A DNA stretch of 63,280 nucleotides, the filler included, from Choristocarpus tenellus KU-1152 (lineage: Eukaryota > Protista > Phaeophyceae): assembly GCA_964200185.2 (NCBI GenBank). It is 10 parts of 10 records of this genome, joined end to end, with 100 filler letters (N's around TTAATTAATTAA, not from the genome) between each part and the next. Parts side by side here need not be neighbours in the genome. Positions count along the whole stretch, not along the records: positions 43,997 to 50,339 come from CAXNAD020008349.1; positions 50,440 to 59,773 come from CAXNAD020003768.1; positions 59,874 to 63,280 come from CAXNAD020020248.1; 7 more parts are not named here. One strand, given 5' to 3'. The translations under genes and the position numbers were made by a program. Below are positions 48,835-60,421 of the stretch, one piece after another. The notes beneath the pieces were generated by a model that was given only the letters and a program-made list of their open reading frames with translations, searched no databases and had not been told where the DNA came from. The stretch's first letter is position 1; each line of letters starts with the position of its first letter.

Positions 48835-49133
48835 GTGATGGTGAAGGGTCTAACACTGCGAATCCTGTACCTGTGTATGAACGATGGGAAATACCGTCAA
48901 ACGGCGTTCGAGATGGCAGCAGGATATGCGATGGTCAGGTCGGAAACTATGAGTAAATGGGAAAGAGACTTCCTAACTAAGGGCCACATCAAGGTGACCC
49001 AAAGTATCTGGGGGGGGGGGGGGGGGGGGGGTGCCCCGGGGTGCCCATTTGGTTGGAAATAAGGAAAGGGGATTTTACATTTTCCATCCACCAAACCAAA
49101 CCAAANNNNNNNNNNGAAGGGGGGCGGGGGGAA

Positions 49134-49186
<53 letters not shown>

Positions 49187-49461
49187 CTGCACCAGGGTGT
49201 CCATTTGGTTTGAAATCAGGAAAAGTGCATTTACATTATCCATCCAGCATACGCAACCAAATCACCCAAAAACCGCGACGTGAAAAATTGACCCCAAATG
49301 AACAGCCGCCACCCCCCCAAGATACTTTGAGTCAGGTGTCGGAGCAAGGGCACGACGAGAGGTGTTTCGTTCTGGGTGTCGACGAGGACATCCGTACCGA
49401 GGTCAAAGAGTGGGTGCGTGAACACACAGGAAAAGGGTGGGGAGGCTTTTTTCCGTTCTAA
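48835..49461 (+). pseudogene. Transposase-like N-terminal (HTH) fragment split by a family-B MITE
   Basis: Excising 48996-49333 plus one AGGT gives in-frame ...AFEMAAGYAMVRSETMSKWERDFLTKGHIKV|SEQGHDERCFVLGVDEDIRTEVKEWVREH.... This resembles the W.R.F...G.I..S.QG.H......L.DED....V..W.R region of IS630/Tc1-related transposases. Confidence 0.45.
48996..49333. mobile_element. MITE family B with 4-bp TSD AGGT (5' half duplicated across a 10-N gap)
   Basis: aggt|GACCCAAAGTATCTGGGGG...CCCCAAGATACTTTGAGTC|aggt. Confidence 0.88.
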
Positions 49462-50339
49462 ACCCTATACTTTAATCAAGTCATAGTATATCTGTTGCCA
49501 CTCTTGGTGACCTATAATCCCTGGTTCGAACCCCAATATGAGCGCTCTCTTTCTTCAAAAATAGAAAAAAATGGCGAAAAAAAACGAAGCCCTAACTCTG
49601 GAGGGCATTGTGACGGGCATCGCGAATTTGATTTGATTTTTTTAATCCGATGTCTACATCAAAAGGTATGACGGGACAACTCCAGATGCATAAGTTTTTG
49701 GTACCACTATATCAATATAGTGTGGAACGGTACATTAGTGATAGATCGGGATATTGGAATATAGTCTTGTTGAAACATTCTAGGAAATGTATCAGCTGGT
49801 GATTGACAGAATTGCATGAAAAGGTGATCATGGAGGTTAGGAACTACCCCCTGTTATGGATAGGACTCACTCTTCGCTGTAGCTCGATCAAGTATATTCT
49901 ACATCATCATCTTCTTTGCGATGGTAGGTACAGTGTTGGCAGTCGCCTCCTGCATCAACTTTGTCATGCCATAACTTTTGATCAAACAATTACTTTCATT
50001 AAAATTCGTTTGTTATAATCGCATCAGCATGCTTAACCTTATTTGATGGGTCTCGGTTGGTCATCTTTCAGTAATCGCGAGAAATACATGACCATACTTT
50101 TTTATTTATTTATCAAGTAGTCCGCGCGAACCGCGCATTTATGGATGTTTTTGGCGGCTGAAGAGGTCATCTTCAAACGGAGAACATGGACGTAGTTGCC
50201 TCTCCGTTCTCTTTCCATTATTTCCCGATTATGCGATGTTGTCACCTGCTGGCTAACGCTCACTCATGGAGGTTCAGGCCTCTGAACCAGACAATCCATG
50301 CCAAGTCAAATGAGGTACTCTGAAGGTGCAGGCCTCCTG

Positions 50340-50439
50340 NNNNNNNNNNNNNNNNNNNNNNNNNNNNNNNNNNNNNNNNNNNNTTAATTAATTAANNNNN
50401 NNNNNNNNNNNNNNNNNNNNNNNNNNNNNNNNNNNNNNN
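50340..50439. other. Artificial contig linker
   Basis: N44-TTAATTAATTAA-N44. Confidence 0.98.
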
Positions 50440-50542
50440 AAAAAAAAACCTTTCGGTACTTTTTCAAGACCGTTTTCGCAGAACAACCATCCTCATAGCC
50501 CCGCTCCATCCTCAATTTTTAAAATCCACTGTATTACGTTCG

Positions 50543-50639
50543 ATGGATAATTGTAAATGCACTTTTCCTGATTTTAGTCAAATGTACACCCTCCTGGCGT
50601 AGACCCTCCCCCCCCCCCCCCCCCCAGATACTTTGGGTC
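50543..50639. mobile_element. MITE family B, partial copy (reverse orientation)
   Basis: ATGGATAATTGTAAATGCACTTTTCCTGATTT...(C)n AGATACTTTGGGTC. Confidence 0.85.
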
Positions 50640-50897
50640 ATTAGTCTTTTTAAAACTTGTACTTTTACTCGCTGATGTCCTGAGATGGTGTTACTCTTTC
50701 ATGTCCCAAATTGTTACGAAATTGTGTTGAAATTATGGGAATTTATAAGGTTTTCACAGGGTATACATATCTTTGATAAAGCCTTCGAATATGCTAGAAC
50801 AGTAGACGGAAATGAAAAGATAACCCTCTCTGAACAAGCATCGTTGAAGATTGAACAACTTACAATTTGATCACCTCGCTATTGCTGATTCCCACAC

Positions 50898-53562
50898 ATG
50901 GAACCATTGGGAGTGGAGGGTGGACCGAGTAGAAGTATGTTGAAGTTCCGCGGGTATGAGGAGAGCTACCATAACTGTTCTCGATCCATAAATAACCACA
51001 TCAATCAACTTGGTCTGCCCGGCGGAGGTTGGGCTGTTGGCGCATCAGAGGATGTTGCGGAAGCTGAGCAACTCGTAAGCAATGGGGACGTAATCCGTAG
51101 GGAACAACGAGTTGCTCCTCTTTTGCGGTGAAGGATTTTCTTGGCATGGATGGAACCAATTAACATCGTCCACTCTTCAACGACCTCATCACAACATGGT
51201 TTTGCGACCGAAAACGTCTGCCCTCTCAGTTTCGACAATAATCTTGACAGTCCATTAATTTGTCTTAAAATGATTTGTATCAAATTGGCCATCCCTAGAA
51301 CTGAGGGTCAAGGTTCCATGTGAGTACATCCTCCCAGGAACGAGAAAAGAGGGCTTTCTGCATCTCCAAATTTGTAGATGGTTGATCGCTCATGTGTCAG
51401 TAGGAAAGGTAGCTCAATTCTTAGTCTGTGGCTTACGGTATTGATATGTATGTATGTATATATCGTGCGGTATGCGCTCCTTCACCCTTCAGTCATGCAC
51501 ATGACCTCTTATTGTCGATGGCACCAGGCGGTCGAATCGATATACACCATCATAATATTCTTGCTTTACAACCACTCCCTCATTTATACACGTTTTCAGG
51601 GTTGAACCTGATTAAACCCTCTGATCTCCACTGCGCCTTCCTCGCATAGGTGAAGGAGATGGAAGTAGAGGCACGCTCAATGAAGGGCTCAGAGCAACGA
51701 GAGAGTCAGAGCCGTGTGAACCAGTGCAGGGCCGACTTGAAAAGTCTCAGGCGTTCCCTGGATGAGGTTGGAGCATGATGATAGGATTTTACCCAAGCTC
51801 AGTACCACTGCCTGAAGGGTTGCATGATTCCCTAACACACCCCAGACAAGGGGAGGGTTGAATGTTTATTTTAGGGTGTTTACTTTACTTCGCAGTAGGG
51901 ATCTTTCTTTTTACTCAGCACCTTTGGTACAACAAATTGCCCAAGGTGTCTTCAAAAATATTATTAATGAGGTTGATTTTTTATTAGCCCTATTGCTGAT
52001 GGAGAAGAGAATTACATGTGCATAATTGTTTCTTTCAATGTTACGTCTAAGTACCATCACAGCCCCCTGCCAATCCTAACAAGTTTATTAAGAATTTTCA
52101 CCATGGTTGCCTTGAGCTTTAGCTGGGGAGATATCTATGAGATCTAATTTTGTGACTGACAAACCTAACTACAGCTTAGTTTCATTTTGAAAGACCTCGC
52201 TCAACATAGTTGACCCTCTATTATGCCCTCACACTTGACAATCTGGATTTCAAGCAGGGATATGCTTCCCTTCCATACACAAGAATATCTGGAGCTATAC
52301 TTGTAGTTTCATCTGTGCTATCCCCTGGAGGAGATTCGATCATTCTGTTATTCAGAGTGCTCTCCAATGGTCCTCCTGCTAGGTTCACCATCCCTTTTGT
52401 GGACCTTTTGTGGTTTTCCTCCGTAGGATCACTTAATATTTCTCTTGTTGCCTTCTATCCCATGCCAATTATCAATTCCTGTTAATTATGAGGAGGAAAT
52501 ATGCAGCAGATTTGAGCAATCCCTCTGTTCTTGAGTGCCAACTGCTATTGATTTCCCCCCAACTTATTTGTCTCTGATGTAGCAGGCGTTGCAAAGGGCA
52601 AAGGCTGAGGAGCTTCGAAAAGGAAGAAGAGGGACCAGGGGTGGGGGGTACAATGGCAATAACAGTGAGTATGCAAATAATGTGTGGAGTACTGGGGCAG
52701 GATTGCGACAGGGGCACATTGAGGGACTTCAGGCTGCACAGGAGAGTTTGGACAGGTGTGTGTGTGTGAAGTAAGGTTGACCAGACTCCTGCCTGATGGC
52801 CCCTTTCCCTTTATCCTCAAATCACAGTTTATATATCTCGTTAACTTAGCATACTGCAACCTAGTATACCCAAGGCACTGTTGGAGACGGGTATAGTGTC
52901 TACAAATTGAGATCTAAAGCAATATTCTGGTCAAGATTACTACTCTAGAGCACTCTACTAGTCAATCTCCTTATGGGCATTGTGTGAGGGAAGTGTAGTA
53001 GTGCATGTTGTAACAGTGCAATTATTTTGGTCACTGCAAACATGGAACTTGACCCCCAGAAACTTAACCCCCACTACTTTCTGGGATGATTGTCTCTTAC
53101 CTGTCCCTCTTATGTCCCCCTTTTGGTCCCACAACACCTCATTGAGACCACCTATCAGAATTTATGCTATGTACAGGTAAGGGAACCTCTACTTTACCTC
53201 ACCATCATTGACATACCACACACTTCGTGTCACACACTCTTCTTCCACCGAGTCCTTATCTAACCCCTGCCTCATGTTGTAGGAGTCGCTTGACCCTGCT
53301 GGATTCTCAACGTGTCCTGGAGGAGACAGAAGTGATTGGTCAAGGGGTGGCAACAGATTTAGAGTCACAGAGGGAATCACTCCTTCGCTCACGAAGTAAT
53401 GTACGTGGGACATCTTCCGTTGTCCAGAACGCAAGGCAGGAGCTTGTGTCCCTATCCCGGAAAGACCTGCTGCATCGTCTGTGCCTCTACCTCGTAATCA
53501 TTGCACTCAGCTGCGCTATTTTATGGGTGCTCTACCACAAGATTCGGAGGAGGGTTGGGTAG
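50898..53562 (+). CDS. VTI1: VTI1-like Qb-SNARE, complete 4-exon gene
   Basis: Exons 50898-51074, 51650-51766, 52586-52755 and 53283-53562. Habc motifs FRGYEESY and AEQL/VKEMEVEARSM; SNARE motif SLDRSRLTLLDSQRVLEETEVIGQGVATDLESQRESLLR; C-terminal TM LCLYLVIIALSCAILWVLY. Confidence 0.9.
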
Positions 53563-56104
53563 GGAAGGGAGCCGTGAACCGATTGCATTGATATGGTTCA
53601 TTGACTTGTGGTGTGCGTTAGGAATGCGAGGTGTTTCTCTGCGCTCTTTATTGTGTACAGGGACATAAATAGGAATGGTTGAGGCACCGGAACCATAGGA
53701 CCACGAAGGTGTTGATGGCATTGTGATGTATCAAGCTTACGCTGTCAACAACAAATATATACACCAACTGTAAAAGTTACACCATGATACGGAACCACTA
53801 ACCCCTCAAAACTTGGTCCACCTAATAAAGTCCATGGTTTCTTGTCAAAAATTGATGGGCTGCCGACTTCCGGTCCCTGTTTCCATCACTTACTTATTGT
53901 GCGGATGGCGATACACTGTGTTGTTTGTGTTGTGTTTATGATTTTGGTGCGCACACATGACTTGAGCCACATTAGGAAAGGAGCAGGAGTTTCTGTGTAC
54001 ATGTGGCGTATTGATGAGCGCTTCCTTGATTTCCTCCCTATTTTTCGATCTGTGTAAGGTGTGGATAGAGCAAAGTCAAACCTGGTATTTGGAAAGCTGT
54101 TTTGTTGTGTCTTCAGGGTGCACAAGGTTGTTTAGATCTGTGCATCCCCTCTTATGTTAATTTTGTGCGATAATGTACACCTTTTCTAACCTGATTGCCA
54201 CACTTGCTGTTGTTGAGACTGGGACGCCTCAGGGTCGTTGTTCATAGACATCTTGAGGGGTTAAATTGTGAGTTCTTCAAACCAATATGGTCTGTAGATT
54301 TCAATTGAAAACATCGAAAATTGACAATTTTTTTGGTTCACCTTACTTATCGTTGGACCGAATTTGACCAATATGCTGAGTCACTACAAATGGGTGGAAG
54401 GATGGACTTCTATCTTACCGACAACCTGTATGGTTTATTCACAGGAACTAGTATATACCCAATTATGCAGGTATTCTATTCCAAGCCTTAACAGAGTGCC
54501 TCTTCCCCAGTCATATTAGCGCACTCCAATTCCTTTGACTCACACTTTCCGGTATAGATGAACTTGGTGATGAGTCACCTGGCCGTTTTGGGTATAGGTT
54601 GTAGAGGACTGGTATGGTTTGACTGCCACCGCTTGGTTTGGTACTCCAATTGAGAGAGCTGCGTCTCTACGATACATATCGGCACAAACTGTGCTCCTCC
54701 TCAAAAGTCGTCAACCTACCATTCAGTCAAGGGTAAAACAGACTTGCCTTGCCTTTAGTTCTCATTGTTGGTGGTGGTGCAATGTATACTCCACGCAGGT
54801 ATGTGGGAAAGTTCATGCTACTGGAACAGTTGTGAGTTGAAAGTCTCCCAAGTGACCCTGTCGTTGATGGTGTGACACCATTCTAACGGAATGAGTACCA
54901 CTAAGGAATACCCTCACATGCACTAGGTACACTTATTCAAGTTGGTCAGTATTCTAGCTTTGACTTTCCCCTGTAAACAACGTCAAGTCCCCCCCCCCCA
55001 TTTCAGTGTAGTTATTTCTCTTGCTGTTGATCCAGGCCCATTTGCAACAGGTCTGTTTTTAATTCCTTCCCAGCCTTCTCAAAGTCAACTATGTGGGTTG
55101 GGCACTAGGGCTCTAAATTGGACTGGCCTGGTCGGACCAAGTCTGTAACATTTCCAAAGGGCCTGGCCCAACTCTCTAAAAACAAACCTTACCCAAGCTG
55201 GCCTGCAAGCTGACTCTGTTAACGTCTTAGCGTTATGCACGAAGAAGGAGGATCGTCTCTGATAGACAATCTGCACATAAATAAATAGTGAATGGCCCAG
55301 CGTTGTGCTGGATAATAGAGTTATGGACCAAACGGGCTCAAGTTTTTGCTGAACAACTAAGACGGTAGAGCTCAAAAAGGTCCTCGGGTGCTGTTTTCCT
55401 GGACAACAATATTGCAATTTATCTAGTAGTAGTGAAGAGAGGAAATGATGGTGGAAATGAGTTTTGCCCTTTTGACATTAATAGACTTCAAGGGCAAGCC
55501 TAAAATACTGGTCGATGTATACAGAAAAATGGACTCGGGTGTTACTATGTTGTTACATGTGGACGGGCAATGAACCTTATAGAGGAACCGGCTCCCAAAT
55601 GTTGTTCTGCTATATCGGATGTTTTTCAGAACAAGTTGGCCCTCCTGATGATGTTGTTATGGATATAACAGGCGTTTCAAGCTGAATATGGTCGGTTGTT
55701 CTAGTTAGGGCAATGCTAGTGTTGGTCTTCAGTCGTGTTTTCAGAGGTGTAGACAAGGGAGATGAAAAACCGCAACATGCATGTGGTGCGTGGAAAAATG
55801 ATTCCTGTATACAGCAGATAATTGTTGGTGTTGGAAGAATAAACCCTCAAGTTTTGACAGGTTAAAGTCCTCTTACATACTTCGTATGTTCGGAATTAAA
55901 TGTAATATAACTTTTGCATCCCCCATGAAGAGGCAACATTTTTTCACATGTTCATATTTTATGGGTGTATTATGTAGACGCTAAAAGGTTGCCCACCAAA
56001 ATCTCAAGCAAAATGGGGCAGCCTACACTCATCTATGATTCTGCCCCCAAAGCTCTCCAAAGCTACATTCAAGCATGATATTTCACTGCATCCACAGGGC
56101 CAGT

Positions 56105-57050
56105 CGAGGGGAATTTTGAACCCCAGCACTTCAACATAGACTGTGAAGAGGCTCTACAAGACGAGCTCTAGAGTCTCCTAGGGGTACACATCGAACGCCT
56201 CCAATGTGACCTCCACCACCTCCTCTGTGAGGGTGTGTGACTTTGCCTCATCCTGCCGCACAAATATGGTGTGCCCTTCCGGCCTAGGCATGTGGGCCTT
56301 GATTACCAGCATGACATCCTCAATCATGACCTTACACCTCTACAACATCCACGGTGACTGGCACAAGCGCCTTGGTACCCTTGGGGGGTGTTTGTTGGAA
56401 GCACTGAGCGACCTTAGTGTCCACAACTGACCAGACCTCGATTTTCCCATCGAACCACTCTCTGTTCGAGAGCTTGCTAGGGCAGGCCACAGCAGCAAGG
56501 AGCATCACCTTCAAAAAGTAACAATTACATTGTGACCACGGAGGTTTGGGGGGGTCCTCAGTGAGGTGCAGGTACAAACCTTTCCCATGTTTGAGGATGT
56601 AAAACCACTTCACGTCCACATGCACCCAGTCATACAGATCGTCCACTGATACCCCACATCCTCCCCTCCAGTGTGTGTGGCTGATGGCGAAGCACGCCCT
56701 GTTGAGTTTCTGCTGGTCTGAGAGGACCGGCTTAGTCCTCCGCTTGAACTTCACCTTCTCGCGCTAGCACAGTTCCCACAACTAGGCAAGGGAGACCCCA
56801 GGTTTGGTCACCTATTTTATGGAATGATGTGCAGTGTACCAATGGGACATCCCAAACATTGAGGATACTTGTACAGTGGTCACATCACCCCTTGCGACGT
56901 CATACAAGGTCCATGCATTCATCCCGTACAATCTGGTTGTCACACCCCTTCACATGACAGAACACGATGATTCGGGAAATTCTGAAGTCCCACTCAATCT
57001 GGCCACTGCCATCCCCCAAGGGATCCGAGTCTCGCCCCCTCTCACCTCCA
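56105..57050 (-). pseudogene. Decayed plant/oomycete-type mariner transposase with internal deletion
   Basis: KPVLSDQQKLNR, WVHVDVKWFY and KVMLLAAVACP...WFDGKIEVW, then a frameshift to IKAHMP...IFVRQDEAKSHT joined directly to LTEEVVEVTLEAFDVYP*. The PNSPDLN..D block is missing. Confidence 0.85.
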
Positions 57051-58410
57051 GTCATTGTCACCACGCTGCTCTTCATTAGGGTGTTGAATCTGAACCCTGG
57101 ACAGACTCCTGGATCAAAGAATTGGGATCGAAAGACGGGGGGGGCCTTTGTTGTAGGCATCACAGTAAATAAACGTTTTAACAGTTTCATCAAGTTTTTG
57201 AACCCCGTCAAATGGGACTTGGTCGAGTTTGCACTGGTGATCCTCCACAGTCATGACAGCCCACCATCTCAAACTTTGCACACCTCCAAATCTATATGAG
57301 AACGGAGCTTGCAAAAGTTGTGTTACATTTCATTCCAAACAGAGAAGCATTTAAAAAAGAAAAAATGCAAAATCGGTGAAGTGTGGGTGCAAGTGAGTGA
57401 GCGAATCTGACTAGTATGTGCATGCCTCGAGAGGGAAGCATTACAGACATGTACTATGTAGTGTATCATTATAATTGAAGATGACTACTTGGGTGCAATA
57501 AAGTGCAAAAACTAGCATCTACAACAAACGAAATATTCATATGCCTACCTGCTTTTAAGATTCACAAATACCTATCTCTACTAGTAAACCCTAAAACAGA
57601 TTCTTGCTGTTGTTGCCGTGGTACCTGTACATAATAAATGTGTCAAAACCAAAAAAAATGAAAACTCCAAAAAGCTTGCAAACATGTTCAAGACACGCAC
57701 ACCTCTCTTTCACACCTATTATAGAGATGTAATAATGTGCATCAAAACAGGCAGAGAGAGAGAGAGAGAGAGAGAGCAGCAACGGCAACACCTCACTCAC
57801 GACACAAGCGTTTGTAGCATGCGCACAATAAGCTGCAAGAATCCAACACTCAACACTCAACACTGCTATACTGCTTATCAAGTACTGTACAAAGGATCAA
57901 GCATAACATATTTACACGGTTACTAAACAACACGTGCACTTAGTACAAGAGAGAGGAACACAAATTGTGGATGGATGCCCCCCAACAACCCACGTCAACA
58001 ACAACCCCAGCAACCAGCAACCAGCAGCAACTGTAAAAAGTGTTTAAAAAATGCATCCAAAAAATAAAACAAAACAATAGTCGTCACATCTAAAGGAAAT
58101 AAATGGGGCCATGCAGCACCCCTCCTCTTCAGAAAGGACAACGGATGCTGTCACACCATCTGACCGTGATCATTGGTGTGTACTGTTGAGTGCAAAAATA
58201 AAAATTAAAAAGCCTCCCGTATCACACATCCATGCACACTCATCTGCCTGCTGCATTCATACACCCAAGCATCCCCCGCTCAACACATGCACATATATAT
58301 TTGAGCACCCTCAAGAGCCAACAGTCTGAGAGGGAGGTGTGCAGGACGCGACTTGGGGGGTAGACATAAGGAAATTACACATCATGTGCGCTAAAAATGA
58401 CTTCATCTAC

Positions 58411-59691
58411 CTCAGGTGATCCATGAAACTCCTCCCTCCTTGCACCCCATCCCCTGCTTCCCCTACCACTGACAGCACGGGCCCTCCGCATGCTATTGGA
58501 CCCCATTCCAAGCCCCAGACTGCCAAGCCCACGCCTAAGCCCTAACCCTTGCCCAAGCCCTGACCTCTGTCTAGGTCTAAAACCTAATTCTAATCCCGGG
58601 TCCAGCCCCATCCCCTCCTCTACCAATGATGGGGGTACCATTGCCCTGACTTGCTGAACACGTTCAGCCCCCCCTGGCTGGGGGGATGACAAAAGCAGCC
58701 CCAGATTAGCAAGATGAGCTGCAAGTCCAAAAGTTTCAGAGAGAGAGGGGGACAGTTGTGATGGGAGCGAGGGGAGTGAAGGGGAAGGGGAATAGACCCC
58801 TATACTTCCACTGCTAGCCATCCCCACCCCTCTCCTGTCCCGATCCAGGGCACCGGTGCCTCCTTGTCTTCTGCCACCATCACCATTCCCCCTGCCCACA
58901 CCGACATTGCTATCCCCCACCCCGGGGAGGCTGCCAAAGCCCATGCGCTGCTCACTACCATTGCTAACATTGCTTCCTCCAATTGCGCTAATGCCAATGC
59001 CACTGTGACCAAGGTCTCTGCTGCCCCCGGTGTTGCTATTACACCAGGCGTTGACGCAAAGAAATGCTGTGAGGAAACTGCAAGGAAATAGTAGAGGGAG
59101 GGGGGATGGGCGTGTTTTGTGTGAAAAAAGACATGCTGTACCACGTATGATATCACCAACACACAGCAGACTTGCAGTGGCATATGGGAGGTGCCTAACA
59201 GGGTCGTGAGAGCGTGGGGAGCAGGAGACACAGCGAGAGAACTGATCTTCACCATCTTTAATTTACACCACTACAGGCAGTTGTGCTACATACAGCACTG
59301 GAAGTATGCATTCTTACAGCGGCTGTTTTCATTGTAGTATAAATATCGAAAGCAGAAATTGGAAGGCGAATAGCAAAATTTAAAGAATGGTTGAGGCATA
59401 CACTATAATAATACAAAAAAACAGGACCCTGAACAGTGACTCCATGCAAATCAATATCTGTGCACTCTACATAAAAGTAGTATACCACCGCCGTAGTAGA
59501 GCACCTCTAGTGCAGACATTGAAAACACTGCTCAACCATAAAACCAGCAGAGGCCAAGTATTTAGAGGCTTAAACCAATTAAACTCACATGATCGTGAGG
59601 ATAATCACTTCCTCTCAAGTCTCCCCCTCTCATCTTTCACCTACCTCGAGTACATTTCACTCATCAATAACACTGAAGGGTCTTTCATCAT
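58411..59691 (-). CDS. Hypothetical protein fragment with a hydrophobic segment and long G/S/L-rich low-complexity region
   Basis: Putative phase-compatible exons ~59691-59645, 59507-59472 and 59079-58411 give MMKDPSVLLMSEMYSR/GALLRRWYTTFI/FLTAFLCVNAWCNSNTGG...MGFGSLPG...GSPE|gt. No known domain recognised, and downstream exons were not found. Confidence 0.45.
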
Positions 59692-59773
59692 CTGAAAAAA
59701 ATCCCCACCCCCCCCCCCCCCCCCCCCCCCCCCCCAAACAAACAACCACACAAAAACAAAAAAAAACAACAAA

Positions 59774-59873
59774 NNNNNNNNNNNNNNNNNNNNNNNNNNN
59801 NNNNNNNNNNNNNNNNNTTAATTAATTAANNNNNNNNNNNNNNNNNNNNNNNNNNNNNNNNNNNNNNNNNNNN
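59774..59873. other. Artificial contig linker
   Basis: N44-TTAATTAATTAA-N44. Confidence 0.98.
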
Positions 59874-60421
59874 ACCCAGATTTTGCCCCCCTTTCACACA
59901 CATACTACTCCCATGGCCTCCTTTGGTTTTGTGTGGTCCCCTGTGGTTCCTTCATAGTGCCCCAAGTAGTCCCCCATGTAGTCCCCCCTGTGACCCTATT
60001 GACCCTATTGACCCTTTTACTTCACACCTTTAGGGAGAAGATTTCCCTGGATTTGTGGGGGGGGAATGGCTTGCCGATGAATGATTCCCTCCCAAGTACT
60101 GGGGGCTTCTTGTTGCATTTGCCCCCCCCTCTCCTCCATTGCCAGGTCCCGCTGGTACCTACATTACCAAACATGTGTTCCATGAGAGTTCTAGTCCTGA
60201 TTGTTCCTGTACAGGACCGTTCAGAAGATTTGGGTAATATCATGGGAGAGTCTTCCCGACACAATGCGATGAGGTGATCTAAATCTCTATGTCACTCCTT
60301 AGCTTGATAATGTACTCAAGAGGCGTAATACACTCCTCCATTCCGGTAATGACCTATTTGTACATGTAGTTGAGACTAGTCAGAGTATATTCGTCTCTTA
60401 GATTGCAGAGACTTGTCATCA

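Noticed and set aside
49000-49250. Tandem duplication of the MITE-B 5' half and poly-Gly/poly-Pro ORFs
   Set aside because: Straddles a 10-N gap and long G runs; best explained as an assembly artefact within one element bounded by a single TSD pair.
49515-49545. B-box/T-loop-like GGTTCGAACCC suggesting a tRNA or SINE
   Set aside because: I could not build a cloverleaf or find a convincing A-box, and there is no second copy in the window.
50895-51323. 11-bp inverted repeat CACATGGAACC / GGTTCCATGTG around VTI1 exon 1
   Set aside because: Too short, no TSD, and it overlaps a genuine start codon; compatible with chance.
31345-53562. Apparent clustering of trafficking genes (gamma-SNAP, VTI1, NPF/DPF protein)
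   Set aside because: They lie on different contigs separated by artificial linkers, so co-location is meaningless.
2781-59873. Nine regularly recurring TTAATTAATTAA motifs flanked by N runs
   Set aside because: Identical 100-bp six-frame-stop linkers added when contigs were concatenated; not a biological repeat or array.
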